NCBI GenBank assembly: GCA_030647555.1
Contig: JAUSJG010000008.1
Coordinates: forward strand, 129,467 to 193,466
From: a bacterium
Lineage (GTDB): Bacteria > Patescibacteriota > Andersenbacteria > UBA10190 > CAIZMI01
DNA length: 64,000 nucleotides
Direction: 5' to 3'
The position numbers and the translations under genes are program-made. The number at the start of each line of letters is the position of its first letter. Within the stretch, counting starts at the first letter, position 1. The notes under the pieces are model-generated. The model was not told where the DNA came from, did not search any database, and saw only the letters and a list, made by a program, of their open reading frames with translations. Of this stretch, positions 9,765-18,806 are shown piece by piece.

Positions 9765-12128
9765 TTAGTTGGTGGGCCCGGAAGCGATAAGATCTAAAAC
9801 CAGTGGGCCGTGCTTGATGTTTAGATTTAGATCTATAAAGCCCTTGTTATTGTAACTTAATGTGTCGGCCGGAATAATAATAGATTTGTCGGCGTATTGA
9901 TTATTCTTTTCGGTTTCAAGGTTGGTTATTTCTTGGCCATTGTATTTTATTATCGCAGTTGCGCCGTTATTTTGGAGACGAATTAGCAGTTTTAGCGGTG
10001 TGTTGATTTTTTTCGTATCCGATGGATCCCAAAGTGGTTTAACGTATGTGCCCACGTTTAAGTGAATGGAACCATCGTTACTTTGAATTTCGCGCAGTGA
10101 ACGGTCGTCACGGAACAGGGGGTCGGAAATTCGCGTGGCCGTTACGGAAATCGCGGAGTAGGCTTGGGTGTCTTCGGAATCTCCCAGTTCATTGGCGATC
10201 GTTGCCGGTTGAAGAAGAAAATCGGATTCGTTGTCTTTAGGTTCGTTTGCGTCGGGGGCTTGGAATGAATAGATTGTTGTTTCGGTGTTGGTAAAAGCGG
10301 ATGTTAAATATGGGTTGTACTTGAACGTGTCGGTCGACGCGCCCACCGCTGTGCCGATAAGTTTAATGTTTTGTTTTACTAGCAAGTTTGCGATAATGGG
10401 GTTATTGCCAAGCATAAATATTTTTTCGTAATCAAGGCCTGTTTCGTACAGTTTTTTACGTAATGGCGATTGCTTGGATTCTTTTCCAATGACACCAAAA
10501 TCTCCGCCAATGCGAGTAATCATGTTAAACGGTGAAAGAATGCCCCAGGTTAGACGGCGCCGATTCCAATCATCAATGAGAAAATTTTCTTTTTTATCAG
10601 TGGTTGTTTGCTTAAGAAAAGAAAGCATGTCGAGGGTTTCTGGCGTGAGACTGGCATTTACGCGCGTGGAGTGATTTGTGGCTATCAGTTGCTGGGATGC
10701 GGAGTTGGTTTGAGTCGCAATAGCTATGGCTATTGCGAGAATGATGAATGATGAATGATGATTTATGAATACGGAACTGCCGATTTTGTTTTTACCGATT
10801 GCGATGATTTCCGATAAAAATATTCCGGCGAAAATCGAAAGTGGTAAGCAGGCGTAAAAAAGTGTGCGCGCTGAAGGAATGTCAATAAATAATTTTGAAC
10901 CCTGGCCAAGAAACAGAAAAACGAGACAAAAAGTTGCCAGCAAAACTCGGAAGATATTTTTTCTTTCTTTTGCAAAAATATATGTCACCAATAAACCGAC
11001 TAAACCAAACAGAAAAACGGTTACACCAAATGTGGAAGGATAATCCAACAGTGAAATGGTGAATGGTTTTAGATGCGGATGCAGATTAAAGAGAGCCGAT
11101 AATTTTTTGGTGAGTGGAGAAAAGAAAATAACAATAATTGCCATTGCCAAAAATAAAACAGTAATAATGGCCGAAATTTTTGGATTGTGCTTAATAAGGA
11201 CAAAAATACTTGTGCGGAAAAATATTAAGAGTGTGATTATTAATCCAAGGGCGACAAAGGTGGCGAGAAACGCGGTAAATTGGTGGACGATGGGGAGGAG
11301 AAGCAAGCAAAAAAGTGAAACTGCCAGCGGGGTGATTAGTTTTTTATAGTTATGAGTGATTTGCCATTTACTTATGGTGAATAAGAATAAAAATAACCCT
11401 GTTACTAGTAAGATTTCGCCAATTAAGTTTTGGTAATGATAGCCCGGGTAAAAAACATAACGGAGAAAGCGGATATTGGTGGAAGCAAAAAAGAACACCA
11501 GCAGTTGTGTTTTGGCGTCGGTGCTGATGAGTGCGGTGATGGCGACGCCCAGTGCGGCGAGAATAATTCCGGCCCAAAAAGAAAACCAGGCGGTTGAAAC
11601 AAATTGGTCGCCACCCGTTTTAATTACCACGGCCGTTAATGAGTGTAATCCCGGTGTAAGAAAATCTGAAGGATCGCGATTGAGGTTGAGAGAACTTTGG
11701 TAGTTGGGGAGGCGATTGTTTTGGAGAATATTGTTTGCCCAATAGATTGCTTTTTGAACATCGCCTGTTGGAAGTTGATGATGAACAGTGAAAATCGGCA
11801 GGGTGAGGAATAAAATAATCAGAACATAAAGAAACGCGAATCTTTTTTGGGGCCAAGAGATTGTTTTAATAACGACTAAGGCGTGGCGGCGATAAGGGGG
11901 GACAGCTAAACAAATAATGATTGGCAGTACTGAAAAAATGCCGATGACCGGCACGGAAAGTCCAATATGAACAAAACTGATAACAAATGAATAAAAAATT
12001 GTCCAAGCGATACCCAAACTTCCGGCGATACCAAGCAAGCCGACAAGCGGGGTTTGTTTTCGCGATAAAGCGGTGGCCAATGGCAGGCCTGGGATAAAAG
12101 CGATTAACAAAAGTGAGAGGATGGTCAT
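9765..12128 (-). CDS. Large polytopic membrane protein, probable GT-C glycosyltransferase
   Basis: PTGD loop, PGLH, VHQFT motifs; about 13 TM plus extracellular C-domain; glycan operon context. Confidence 0.65.
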   Translation of the reverse strand: MTILSLLLIAFIPGLPLATALSRKQTPLVGLLGIAGSLGIAWTIFYSFVISFVHIGLSVPVIGIFSVLPIIICLAVPPYRRHALVVIKTISWPQKRFAFLYVLIILFLTLPIFTVHHQLPTGDVQKAIYWANNILQNNRLPNYQSSLNLNRDPSDFLTPGLHSLTAVVIKTGGDQFVSTAWFSFWAGIILAALGVAITALISTDAKTQLLVFFFASTNIRFLRYVFYPGYHYQNLIGEILLVTGLFLFLFTISKWQITHNYKKLITPLAVSLFCLLLLPIVHQFTAFLATFVALGLIITLLIFFRTSIFVLIKHNPKISAIITVLFLAMAIIVIFFSPLTKKLSALFNLHPHLKPFTISLLDYPSTFGVTVFLFGLVGLLVTYIFAKERKNIFRVLLATFCLVFLFLGQGSKLFIDIPSARTLFYACLPLSIFAGIFLSEIIAIGKNKIGSSVFINHHSSFIILAIAIAIATQTNSASQQLIATNHSTRVNASLTPETLDMLSFLKQTTTDKKENFLIDDWNRRRLTWGILSPFNMITRIGGDFGVIGKESKQSPLRKKLYETGLDYEKIFMLGNNPIIANLLVKQNIKLIGTAVGASTDTFKYNPYLTSAFTNTETTIYSFQAPDANEPKDNESDFLLQPATIANELGDSEDTQAYSAISVTATRISDPLFRDDRSLREIQSNDGSIHLNVGTYVKPLWDPSDTKKINTPLKLLIRLQNNGATAIIKYNGQEITNLETEKNNQYADKSIIIPADTLSYNNKGFIDLNLNIKHGPLVLDLIASGPTN

Positions 12129-13294
12129 TTGATGAGTCCTTCTATAAGAGAGCTAAACTTAGCGCCAATTGTGTCCCGTGTCCACTGTTTCCAGAGGCCA
12201 TCGGTGGCTTGGGTGAATTTTCGCTTTGCTTCGTCCGTAAGACCGTATTTGATGCATTTTATCAGAGTTTCCGGTTGGTTGGGGTCATAAAGTGTCCAAC
12301 TGTGAATGGATTCAGGCAAAAGAAGTTTTCTGATGCCCACGTCGCCGGTAATGATTGGTGTGCCGGACTTTAGCGCCAACATTGTTCGTGACGATGATTT
12401 TGCCTGGTTGGCAATGGAGTTATCGATTGGATCAATCAGTAGATTGGCCTGACGCGCAAAATCTTCGGAGTTGTTGCTTTGGAAACGACCAAAAAAATGA
12501 ATGCGATTGCTGTTGCTTAGAAGTTTTGCCTGTGCACGAATTTTATCGGCGTCGATTCCGTCACCGGCCAAGATGAGATGTAGTTTTAGATTCCCGATCG
12601 ATAGTTCGTTCCAGGCGTTTAATATTTGATCAACCCGATGACCGGATGAAATTGCTAAGCTGCCTAAATATAAAATTATTTGCGAATCCGCGCCCAGGTC
12701 AAAATACCGTCGCAAATTAATCGATTCATTCTGTGTGGATTCCGGAATAGCGGTTGGAATTAATTCAATGGGTTTGTTGAGGGATATTTTTTTGTATTGT
12801 TCGACCAGGTAAGGTGAGCAAGCGGTTATTAACTGACTTTTTGTGGCGGCTTTTTTGTTGATGTGGTTGAGCCACATTCGTTCCAGTGCATTACTGCGCG
12901 ATGAGTGCCCTTCGTCGTCATCGGAGTCAAGAATTATTGGCGTGGTGATTTTTTTAATGGCGGAAAAATTTTGTGGATGCGCTTTTACCAAAACAATCAA
13001 ATCCGGATTCTGTTTTTGCACAGCATCACGCAAACCTTTTTTTGCCGCTAAATAGCGCAACAGTAATTTAAAAATATTTGGTTTTTTTGCTCCATCTCTA
13101 AAGCTCGGCCCGGCGATGGTTGTGGGGATAAGCGAGCTTTCCGGCGCATCCATTATTTTCCCGAGTGTGATGAGGTTCACTTCGTGTCCTCTTTTTTTAA
13201 GTTCCAGTGCGAGGGGGATTGTGCGGCCGACGATGGTAGAGCTGTTTAATGGCAGCGTCGCGAGAAAAGTAACACGCAAAGGTTTTAAACTCAT
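12125..13294 (-). CDS. GT4 glycosyltransferase (start trimmed to MSLKPL)
   Basis: LKKRGHEV, LILAGDG, GTPIITGDVG. Confidence 0.85.
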   Translation of the reverse strand: MSLKPLRVTFLATLPLNSSTIVGRTIPLALELKKRGHEVNLITLGKIMDAPESSLIPTTIAGPSFRDGAKKPNIFKLLLRYLAAKKGLRDAVQKQNPDLIVLVKAHPQNFSAIKKITTPIILDSDDDEGHSSRSNALERMWLNHINKKAATKSQLITACSPYLVEQYKKISLNKPIELIPTAIPESTQNESINLRRYFDLGADSQIILYLGSLAISSGHRVDQILNAWNELSIGNLKLHLILAGDGIDADKIRAQAKLLSNSNRIHFFGRFQSNNSEDFARQANLLIDPIDNSIANQAKSSSRTMLALKSGTPIITGDVGIRKLLLPESIHSWTLYDPNQPETLIKCIKYGLTDEAKRKFTQATDGLWKQWTRDTIGAKFSSLIEGLIK

Positions 13295-13398
13295 AGCAAT
13301 TACAGTAAGGATACATTTTATTGGGCAAATACGTAAGGCAATAAAAAACCGTCGGCAGTGCGAGCTAACGGGGAATCGTGGTGTTTTGTGACGGGTTG

Positions 13399-13635
13399 TC
13401 AGTGGCGATAGTCTTCGATACGGAAAACGGCGGTTCTTGCGATCTTGCGGTATGTGCCGTTTTCGGAGCAATAGCGGTTATGCTCCTTAATCATAAAGAG
13501 GATGCATACAACCAACATTAACCATCCGGCCAAACCGACCAGGAGGCTGTAAAACCCGATGGACTTTACCAGCAGGAGACTGGCGAACATTGTGATAATG
13601 CCGACGTAAGAGATAATCAGGCAAAAGATCTTCAT
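13399..13635 (-). CDS. Small 2-TM hypothetical protein
   Basis: GAGG upstream of ATG; two hydrophobic helices. Confidence 0.5.
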   Translation of the reverse strand: MKIFCLIISYVGIITMFASLLLVKSIGFYSLLVGLAGWLMLVVCILFMIKEHNRYCSENGTYRKIARTAVFRIEDYRH

Positions 13636-13843
13636 GTGAAACCTCGAGTGTTGATTGCTAGGAAGGAACGGGAAGGCACGTTTTGTTCAACGTGTTTTGT
13701 AATACTATTACTATTTCATTATTGTAAGCAAGCACGTATCGCTCTCAAAGAAATTATGACAAAAAATCTTTATTTGTCTTGCGTTTTATATTTGTGTATA
13801 GACGGAAATAATTTTCAAGAAGTTGGTGGGGTATATTTAACGT

Positions 13844-13868
13844 GGATTCCCGCTTTCGCGGGAATGAC
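13844..13868. repeat. dRS3/RPE-like palindrome
   Basis: GG-ATTCCC-GCTTTCGC-GGGAAT-GAC fits ATTCCC-N8-GGGAAT. Confidence 0.75.
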
Positions 13869-13895
13869 ACGTCTGATGTATTGTTTTTGACTTCG

Positions 13896-14636
13896 CTATT
13901 TTAGTTCGTAAACAATTGTTACGTTAGCCGTTATTTCCTGGGTACCGGTTGGGACTTCTGGAGCTTTGGCTTCCATTGCGCCGGCGCCGAGGGGTGTGGC
14001 GTTGCTGAAAGTGCGATAAACGTCTGGTGAAGATGCTGACGAGGAAAAAGTTTTTACTCGGCCTAATCCAACTCCCAGTGTCCTGGTTAGTTCTTTGGCT
14101 TTGTCTTGCGCGTCGGTAATCGCATTTTTCTGCGCTTCTGTTTGAAGTTTTTCCGGATCATCAATAGTGAACTGCAAATTACCGGCTTGATTAGCGCCTT
14201 GAACGGCACTTTGTGCAAGAATATCGCCGACCTTATTAAGGTCGCGAATCTTGATTTCGATATTTTCGGATGCTTCAAAACCTTTCAATGTTTGCTTGCC
14301 ATTATTCCAATCATAAACGGGATTAATTGATAGGTTTGTTGTTTTGATGTCATCCGCTTTTACGCCTTGGCTTTTAACCGCCGTCAGCACAGCATTAAAT
14401 TTATCGGTTAGTATCTTTGTGGCGATGCCGGCGGATGTTTGCGTGCCCGTGGTTACACCAATCGAAAATTGCGCGATATCCGGTTTAGCTTCAACTTTTC
14501 CTGTACCCTGCACGGATATTTCTCGATTTGCTTCGGTTTCTTTCTGGATACGCTGTGGTTGCGATGCAACGTATTGTCCTCCGACATATAAAAGACCGCC
14601 AATTACTACGGCTGTGATGATGTGTTTTTCATTCAT
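13896..14636 (-). CDS. SIMPL (DUF541/YggE) domain protein
   Basis: ISVQGTGKVEAKPD, DIKTTNLSINPVY, AITDAQDKA, ITANVTIVYE. Confidence 0.95.
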   Translation of the reverse strand: MNEKHIITAVVIGGLLYVGGQYVASQPQRIQKETEANREISVQGTGKVEAKPDIAQFSIGVTTGTQTSAGIATKILTDKFNAVLTAVKSQGVKADDIKTTNLSINPVYDWNNGKQTLKGFEASENIEIKIRDLNKVGDILAQSAVQGANQAGNLQFTIDDPEKLQTEAQKNAITDAQDKAKELTRTLGVGLGRVKTFSSSASSPDVYRTFSNATPLGAGAMEAKAPEVPTGTQEITANVTIVYELK

Positions 14637-14711
14637 TGGTTTAGTTTGTTAATTATTTGTTGCCATTATATCATGATTATGGAGGGCTCGTTACTTTTCA
14701 TATAAACACTC

Positions 14712-16451
14712 ATGTTCACTGAAGGAGTCCTGAATTCAGCGCGCCAATTTATTAGCACCCCGATGGGGTGGAATTATACGTCTAACGAAACGCGTGCGAT
14801 TGATCCATTTTTCACAAACCGTGATCGACGGGTGTTTTTCATGCACACGCTTCCAGCTTCGGTTGGCACGACCCTGTTGGCTATGTTTTCACGCATCAAA
14901 AACCCGCGCGGTGTGCGTGGTGTTTTTGTCGATGCGTTTTTACCGCAGTTTTTGGCGACGCAGTTAACGGACGTTGAGAAAAGTTTCGGCGGTGATGAAG
15001 CAAAATTTATTAGAGACAGAAAAATTGGGACACTGGATTCCTTTGTAAATTACTCAGAAGAAGCGAGAAATTTGTTCGAAGATTTTCTGAAACGTGGCGC
15101 ACTGGACCCGGAATATCTGAAAGTGTTGGCGCAATCCAATAAGGCGCAAAAATTCTTAAGTGTTTGGTTGAGTGAAAAATATGGTCACAATTCCATTGCG
15201 CGTGTTGGTTCGGTCTGGCTATGTTGTGAAAAAATTTCTATCTTGGCGATCAAGACAATGGAGTGGAGTCGTCCCGGGGCAGGGTATATTGAGCTTTCTA
15301 CGCGCTATGTTGATATGTCATCGGCCGGTTGTTATCCGATTGAGAATGAATTGAAAGAAGGTTGGAAAGTGGATCCTGAAATTGTGATTTCGGCGCGCAA
15401 CGATGCTTTTGCAACATATGATGCGTTGGCCGGTGCAAACTTTGACGGGCCGTTCCCAAATTTTTTGCGGGAAAAATTTGGTTCCGCATTTTCCGCTGTT
15501 CCAAAAGATTTGGAAATGGGTGTGATCGGTGAAACATGTGACGTATTGGGCAATTTGCTTCCTTCATCTTCGTTGAGCTCTGTTGGTATGTGTTTGAGCG
15601 GGGAAGCCTTTGGTGAAGTTTTGTCACACCTATTATTGGACGTCACGCCGGAAAACATTGTTTTAGTGGAAACTATTCTTAAAGAAACCGATCAAATTGG
15701 CGTGCGCGAGTTTGCCAAATATTTTGTGCCAACAGATTGGAAGAAAACACATTGGCAATACTTGGACACGCAGAAGTTTTTGGATTTAGCCCAGGAGGAA
15801 CACACCCAGGCAAAACCCTTAGTGGGATACAATCGGTTTGCTGTCGAAACATCAATAATGGCTGCTTTGCAATTGCGTGACGGCGTGAAGGCGAGTGGTG
15901 ATTTTGCAACAGTTTTTGCTAATGCCGGAATGGGTACAGTACGCTCGCCATTTGATAAATTACCGGCGGAATTTGAATCATTTACCATGGCGATGCGTGG
16001 CATGATGACCTACCGTGGTTGGCGCGACTTGCAGCGGATGGGTTTTTGCACTCACTTGCGAACCTATGTGACAACCGATCTTGGCTACTATAAATATGAC
16101 AAAGTGGATTACTCACCACTGAAGAAAGCCTTTTTGGCTTCGGCAAAAGATGGTGTTTGGTTGGAACACGAAATGAAACGCAAGGGTGTGCCGGCAATAT
16201 TGCGACAGTATCCTTTAGCTTTGGGTTGGAATATTGGTTTTTCCGTTGCTGCCAATTTAAGGCAATGGGAATTCTGTGACTGGCAGCGTTCCAAATACAG
16301 TGTTAATCATGAAGTGCGCCAAGCATTTTTGTCCGCGGAAAATTATTTGCGTGAACTTTTGCCTTGGTGGAAAGATGTTTCGAGGGCAGACATTACTCCT
16401 GCATACATATTTGCACGGGGTAGTACGGCGATTGCTCTAGAAAACAAATGA
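14712..16451 (+). CDS. thyX: FAD-dependent thymidylate synthase, long two-lobed form
   Basis: YGHNSIA, ELSTRY, RDLQR, NLRQW...RS...HE. Confidence 0.85.
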   Translation: MFTEGVLNSARQFISTPMGWNYTSNETRAIDPFFTNRDRRVFFMHTLPASVGTTLLAMFSRIKNPRGVRGVFVDAFLPQFLATQLTDVEKSFGGDEAKFIRDRKIGTLDSFVNYSEEARNLFEDFLKRGALDPEYLKVLAQSNKAQKFLSVWLSEKYGHNSIARVGSVWLCCEKISILAIKTMEWSRPGAGYIELSTRYVDMSSAGCYPIENELKEGWKVDPEIVISARNDAFATYDALAGANFDGPFPNFLREKFGSAFSAVPKDLEMGVIGETCDVLGNLLPSSSLSSVGMCLSGEAFGEVLSHLLLDVTPENIVLVETILKETDQIGVREFAKYFVPTDWKKTHWQYLDTQKFLDLAQEEHTQAKPLVGYNRFAVETSIMAALQLRDGVKASGDFATVFANAGMGTVRSPFDKLPAEFESFTMAMRGMMTYRGWRDLQRMGFCTHLRTYVTTDLGYYKYDKVDYSPLKKAFLASAKDGVWLEHEMKRKGVPAILRQYPLALGWNIGFSVAANLRQWEFCDWQRSKYSVNHEVRQAFLSAENYLRELLPWWKDVSRADITPAYIFARGSTAIALENK

Positions 16452-16580
16452 CCAATAACCAATACTCAATGACCATTGAATGACTAATTTTGCAATGACC
16501 ACTGACGTAACGCAGTAATGTAATTGGGTATTAAGTCATTGAGAATTCAGTGGGCATTGGTTATTGAGTATTGGTCATTA
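16447..16580. repeat. Imperfect inverted heptamer-type repeat (AATGACC/GGTCATT)
   Basis: AATGACCAATAACCAATACTCAATGACC mirrored by TTGAGTATTGGTCATT. Confidence 0.7.
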
Positions 16581-16624
16581 ATGGGGTTGACTGATTTGAA
16601 TTAATATATTTTCACAAGTACAAT

Positions 16625-17404
16625 ATGACTATGGAAAAGAATTTAACCTACGAGCTCCAGCAAATGGGATTGGAAAAAAACGAGGCCGTTATTTACATGG
16701 CTTCTTTGGAACTTGGGCCATCGCCAGTACAAAGAATCGCCCAACGCGGAAAAGTCCCGCGCGCGACAACCTATTTAATTTTGGAAGAACTGAAAAAGAA
16801 GGGTTTGGTTGCCACGCACGAGCACGGCAAGAAAACGTATTTTACCGCGCAACATCCATCGCAATTGGAAGGTCTCATGAAATTGCAAGAAAACGAGCTA
16901 GAAATTCGCAAGAAGACGATTGAATCGCTTATTCCTGAATTAGAACAAAGGGGTCAGTTCGCGGAATCAGTACGACCACGCGTTAGGTATTACGAAGGAA
17001 AAGAATCCTTTCCGGCTTTTCGACGTGATTTGTTAAGTAAACGGAAAGATCAGAAGTTGGTGAGAGGAATCGTGGAACACGATAAATTTGAAAAGTTTGT
17101 GGGGAATTTGGGTGAGTTTATCAAGAAGAGGACAAGTGAGGGTGTTTCAAGTCGCAGTATATATGCGTCAGAAACAGTAACTTATCCTGAAAATGATCCG
17201 GAGAAAAAGAAAGAATCACGCAAGATCGATGGCAAAAAATACCCCGTTCCGGCGGACATCAGTATCATTGGAAATTGTGTCGGTTTGATGTCATACAGCG
17301 AGCCGTTCCGGGCGGTAATTATTGAAGATAAGGATATTTCGGAAGCAATGGTTTCGATTTTTGAGTTGGCCTGGAAAGGCGCAGAAGCGGAAAAAGGAAA
17401 GTAG
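16625..17404 (+). CDS. TrmB-family transcriptional regulator (CPR type)
   Basis: LGL..NEA.IY...LELG..wHTH RATTY.IL..L.KKGLV; PRVRYYEGKE; effector-binding C-domain. Confidence 0.9.
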   Translation: MTMEKNLTYELQQMGLEKNEAVIYMASLELGPSPVQRIAQRGKVPRATTYLILEELKKKGLVATHEHGKKTYFTAQHPSQLEGLMKLQENELEIRKKTIESLIPELEQRGQFAESVRPRVRYYEGKESFPAFRRDLLSKRKDQKLVRGIVEHDKFEKFVGNLGEFIKKRTSEGVSSRSIYASETVTYPENDPEKKKESRKIDGKKYPVPADISIIGNCVGLMSYSEPFRAVIIEDKDISEAMVSIFELAWKGAEAEKGK

Positions 17405-17423
17405 AAAAAATTTGTTATTGACG

Positions 17424-17463
17424 TTTATTAGGGATTATCCTTTAAAGGATAATCCCTAATAAA
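17424..17463. repeat. Perfect 40-bp palindrome
   Basis: TTTATTAGGGATTATCCTTT|AAAGGATAATCCCTAATAAA. Confidence 0.9.
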
Positions 17464-17539
17464 AGGGCCAACAATAGCCAATAATTGTGCGAGCACATTT
17501 TCGGGTGCCATATTTTATGTTTCCAAACCGCCACGGATA

Positions 17540-17567
17540 TTGACAAAATATACAAAAAGAGTACAAT
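17540..17567 (+). promoter_or_regulatory. sigma70 promoter
   Basis: TTGACA-N16-TACAAT. Confidence 0.6.
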
Positions 17568-17795
17568 TATGTTCATCCCGAGTGCTGTTTCGTGTCCCGA
17601 AAGGAGGTGGTGTATGGGTTCATAACCCTTCACGGTGCGTTTCACGCATGGTGAGGGGGAGTAGAAACCCCTCACCCATCCTCAAGGGAGCAGTTACTCG
17701 CGCGATGTGTTGTTTCTCTATTTTTATTCTTGCGCCACTAGCTTCACGGACGACTCCGTGGGGTGATTGTATGGGCAAGAAGAGGAGGTGCTCCG

Positions 17796-17876
17796 ATGTC
17801 CGAATGTCCGCTGTTGTGTTCGTGTTTTGAAGAAAAATATTGTGTGATGTTCGACGGCGCCGCGGCCGACTTGTGA
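17796..17876 (+). CDS. Candidate 26-aa Cys-rich peptide MSECPLLCSCFEEKYCVMFDGAAADL
   Basis: AGGAGGTG SD just upstream; followed by a hairpin and T-run. Confidence 0.45.
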   Translation: MSECPLLCSCFEEKYCVMFDGAAADL

Positions 17877-18216
17877 CCCCAAAGAAGTTCGGGGGTCGTG
17901 AGGTCGCCTCTTTTTCTTGAGTGCCGATGCTGTGCATCGGGTTGACGTGACAAGGTCCAATTATTAGGGGCCATCACCCTCAAGGGTTTCATTCACAAAT
18001 GGAGATACGATGGAGAATTTCGGGTTAGAGGATTCCCTGAAATTAGCCCCGAGCCGGCGGATCCGGAACTGTTGTTTTGAAAAATTGGTTTTTAGAGAAA
18101 GCGCGATTTTCGTAAATAGCTCCATGTGTAGGGCATATTGCGGGATCGCGGTCCGGCCGACGGCCGGATAGTTGAGGGGAGTTCGGCCAGTCTGGCGTGT
18201 GCATGGGGAGGCGAAT

Positions 18217-18552
18217 ATGCCTACTCTGAATCGCGCGCCACGTTTGGACTACTCCCGAAATGCGGAGTCCGCTTTTTCGGCGTTTCGCTGTCCAGGTTTC
18301 CGAGAGCGCTCGGAAATCGTCTGGCTCCAGCGGGGGCTGGAAGAAACGTGCCCTCGAGCCCCACGGCTCGCACTCCGGCTCGTTCTTCCACGGCCCATTT
18401 TCCGGAAGCGGATTCCGCCAAGTTGGGAGTGTCTAGGTTGCAGACCTCCCAAATCCCAGCATCAAGTGGATCTTGCCCACGGTACCAGGGCGCCACTCGC
18501 GGGATCATCGAGAGCCGGTGCGCAATGCACTTGCACCGCCTCTCACCTTTAA
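18217..18552 (+). CDS. Doubtful 111-aa ORF within a GC-rich hairpin array
   Basis: GGAGG SD, but Arg/Pro-rich composition that does not look protein-like. Confidence 0.25.
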   Translation: MPTLNRAPRLDYSRNAESAFSAFRCPGFRERSEIVWLQRGLEETCPRAPRLALRLVLPRPIFRKRIPPSWECLGCRPPKSQHQVDLAHGTRAPLAGSSRAGAQCTCTASHL

Positions 18553-18627
18553 CCCGGTGTCCTGTCAATCAAGCGTCGACACGCAAGATTGACAGGCCCG
18601 GGCCTTTTTTATTTGCGGAAGTTATTA

Positions 18628-18675
18628 GACCAGGGTTGAACCTTGGACAGGTTTGTCCAAGGTTCAACCCTGGTC
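18628..18675. repeat. REP-like perfect 22-bp inverted repeat
   Basis: GACCAGGGTTGAACCTTGGACA-GGTT-TGTCCAAGGTTCAACCCTGGTC. Confidence 0.9.
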
Positions 18676-18773
18676 GGCGTATTCCGACACAAAGCGTAAC
18701 GAAAATTATGATTATAAAAATGGCTTGTAAAAGAGCATAAAAGCACACATCGAAAAAGCGTTTGTCACAATGC

Positions 18774-18802
18774 TTGACAAAAAATAAAGGCGGGATTATA
18801 AT
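18774..18802 (+). promoter_or_regulatory. Consensus sigma70 promoter
   Basis: TTGACA-N17-TATAAT, perfect consensus. Confidence 0.9.
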
Positions 18803-18806
18803 ACAC

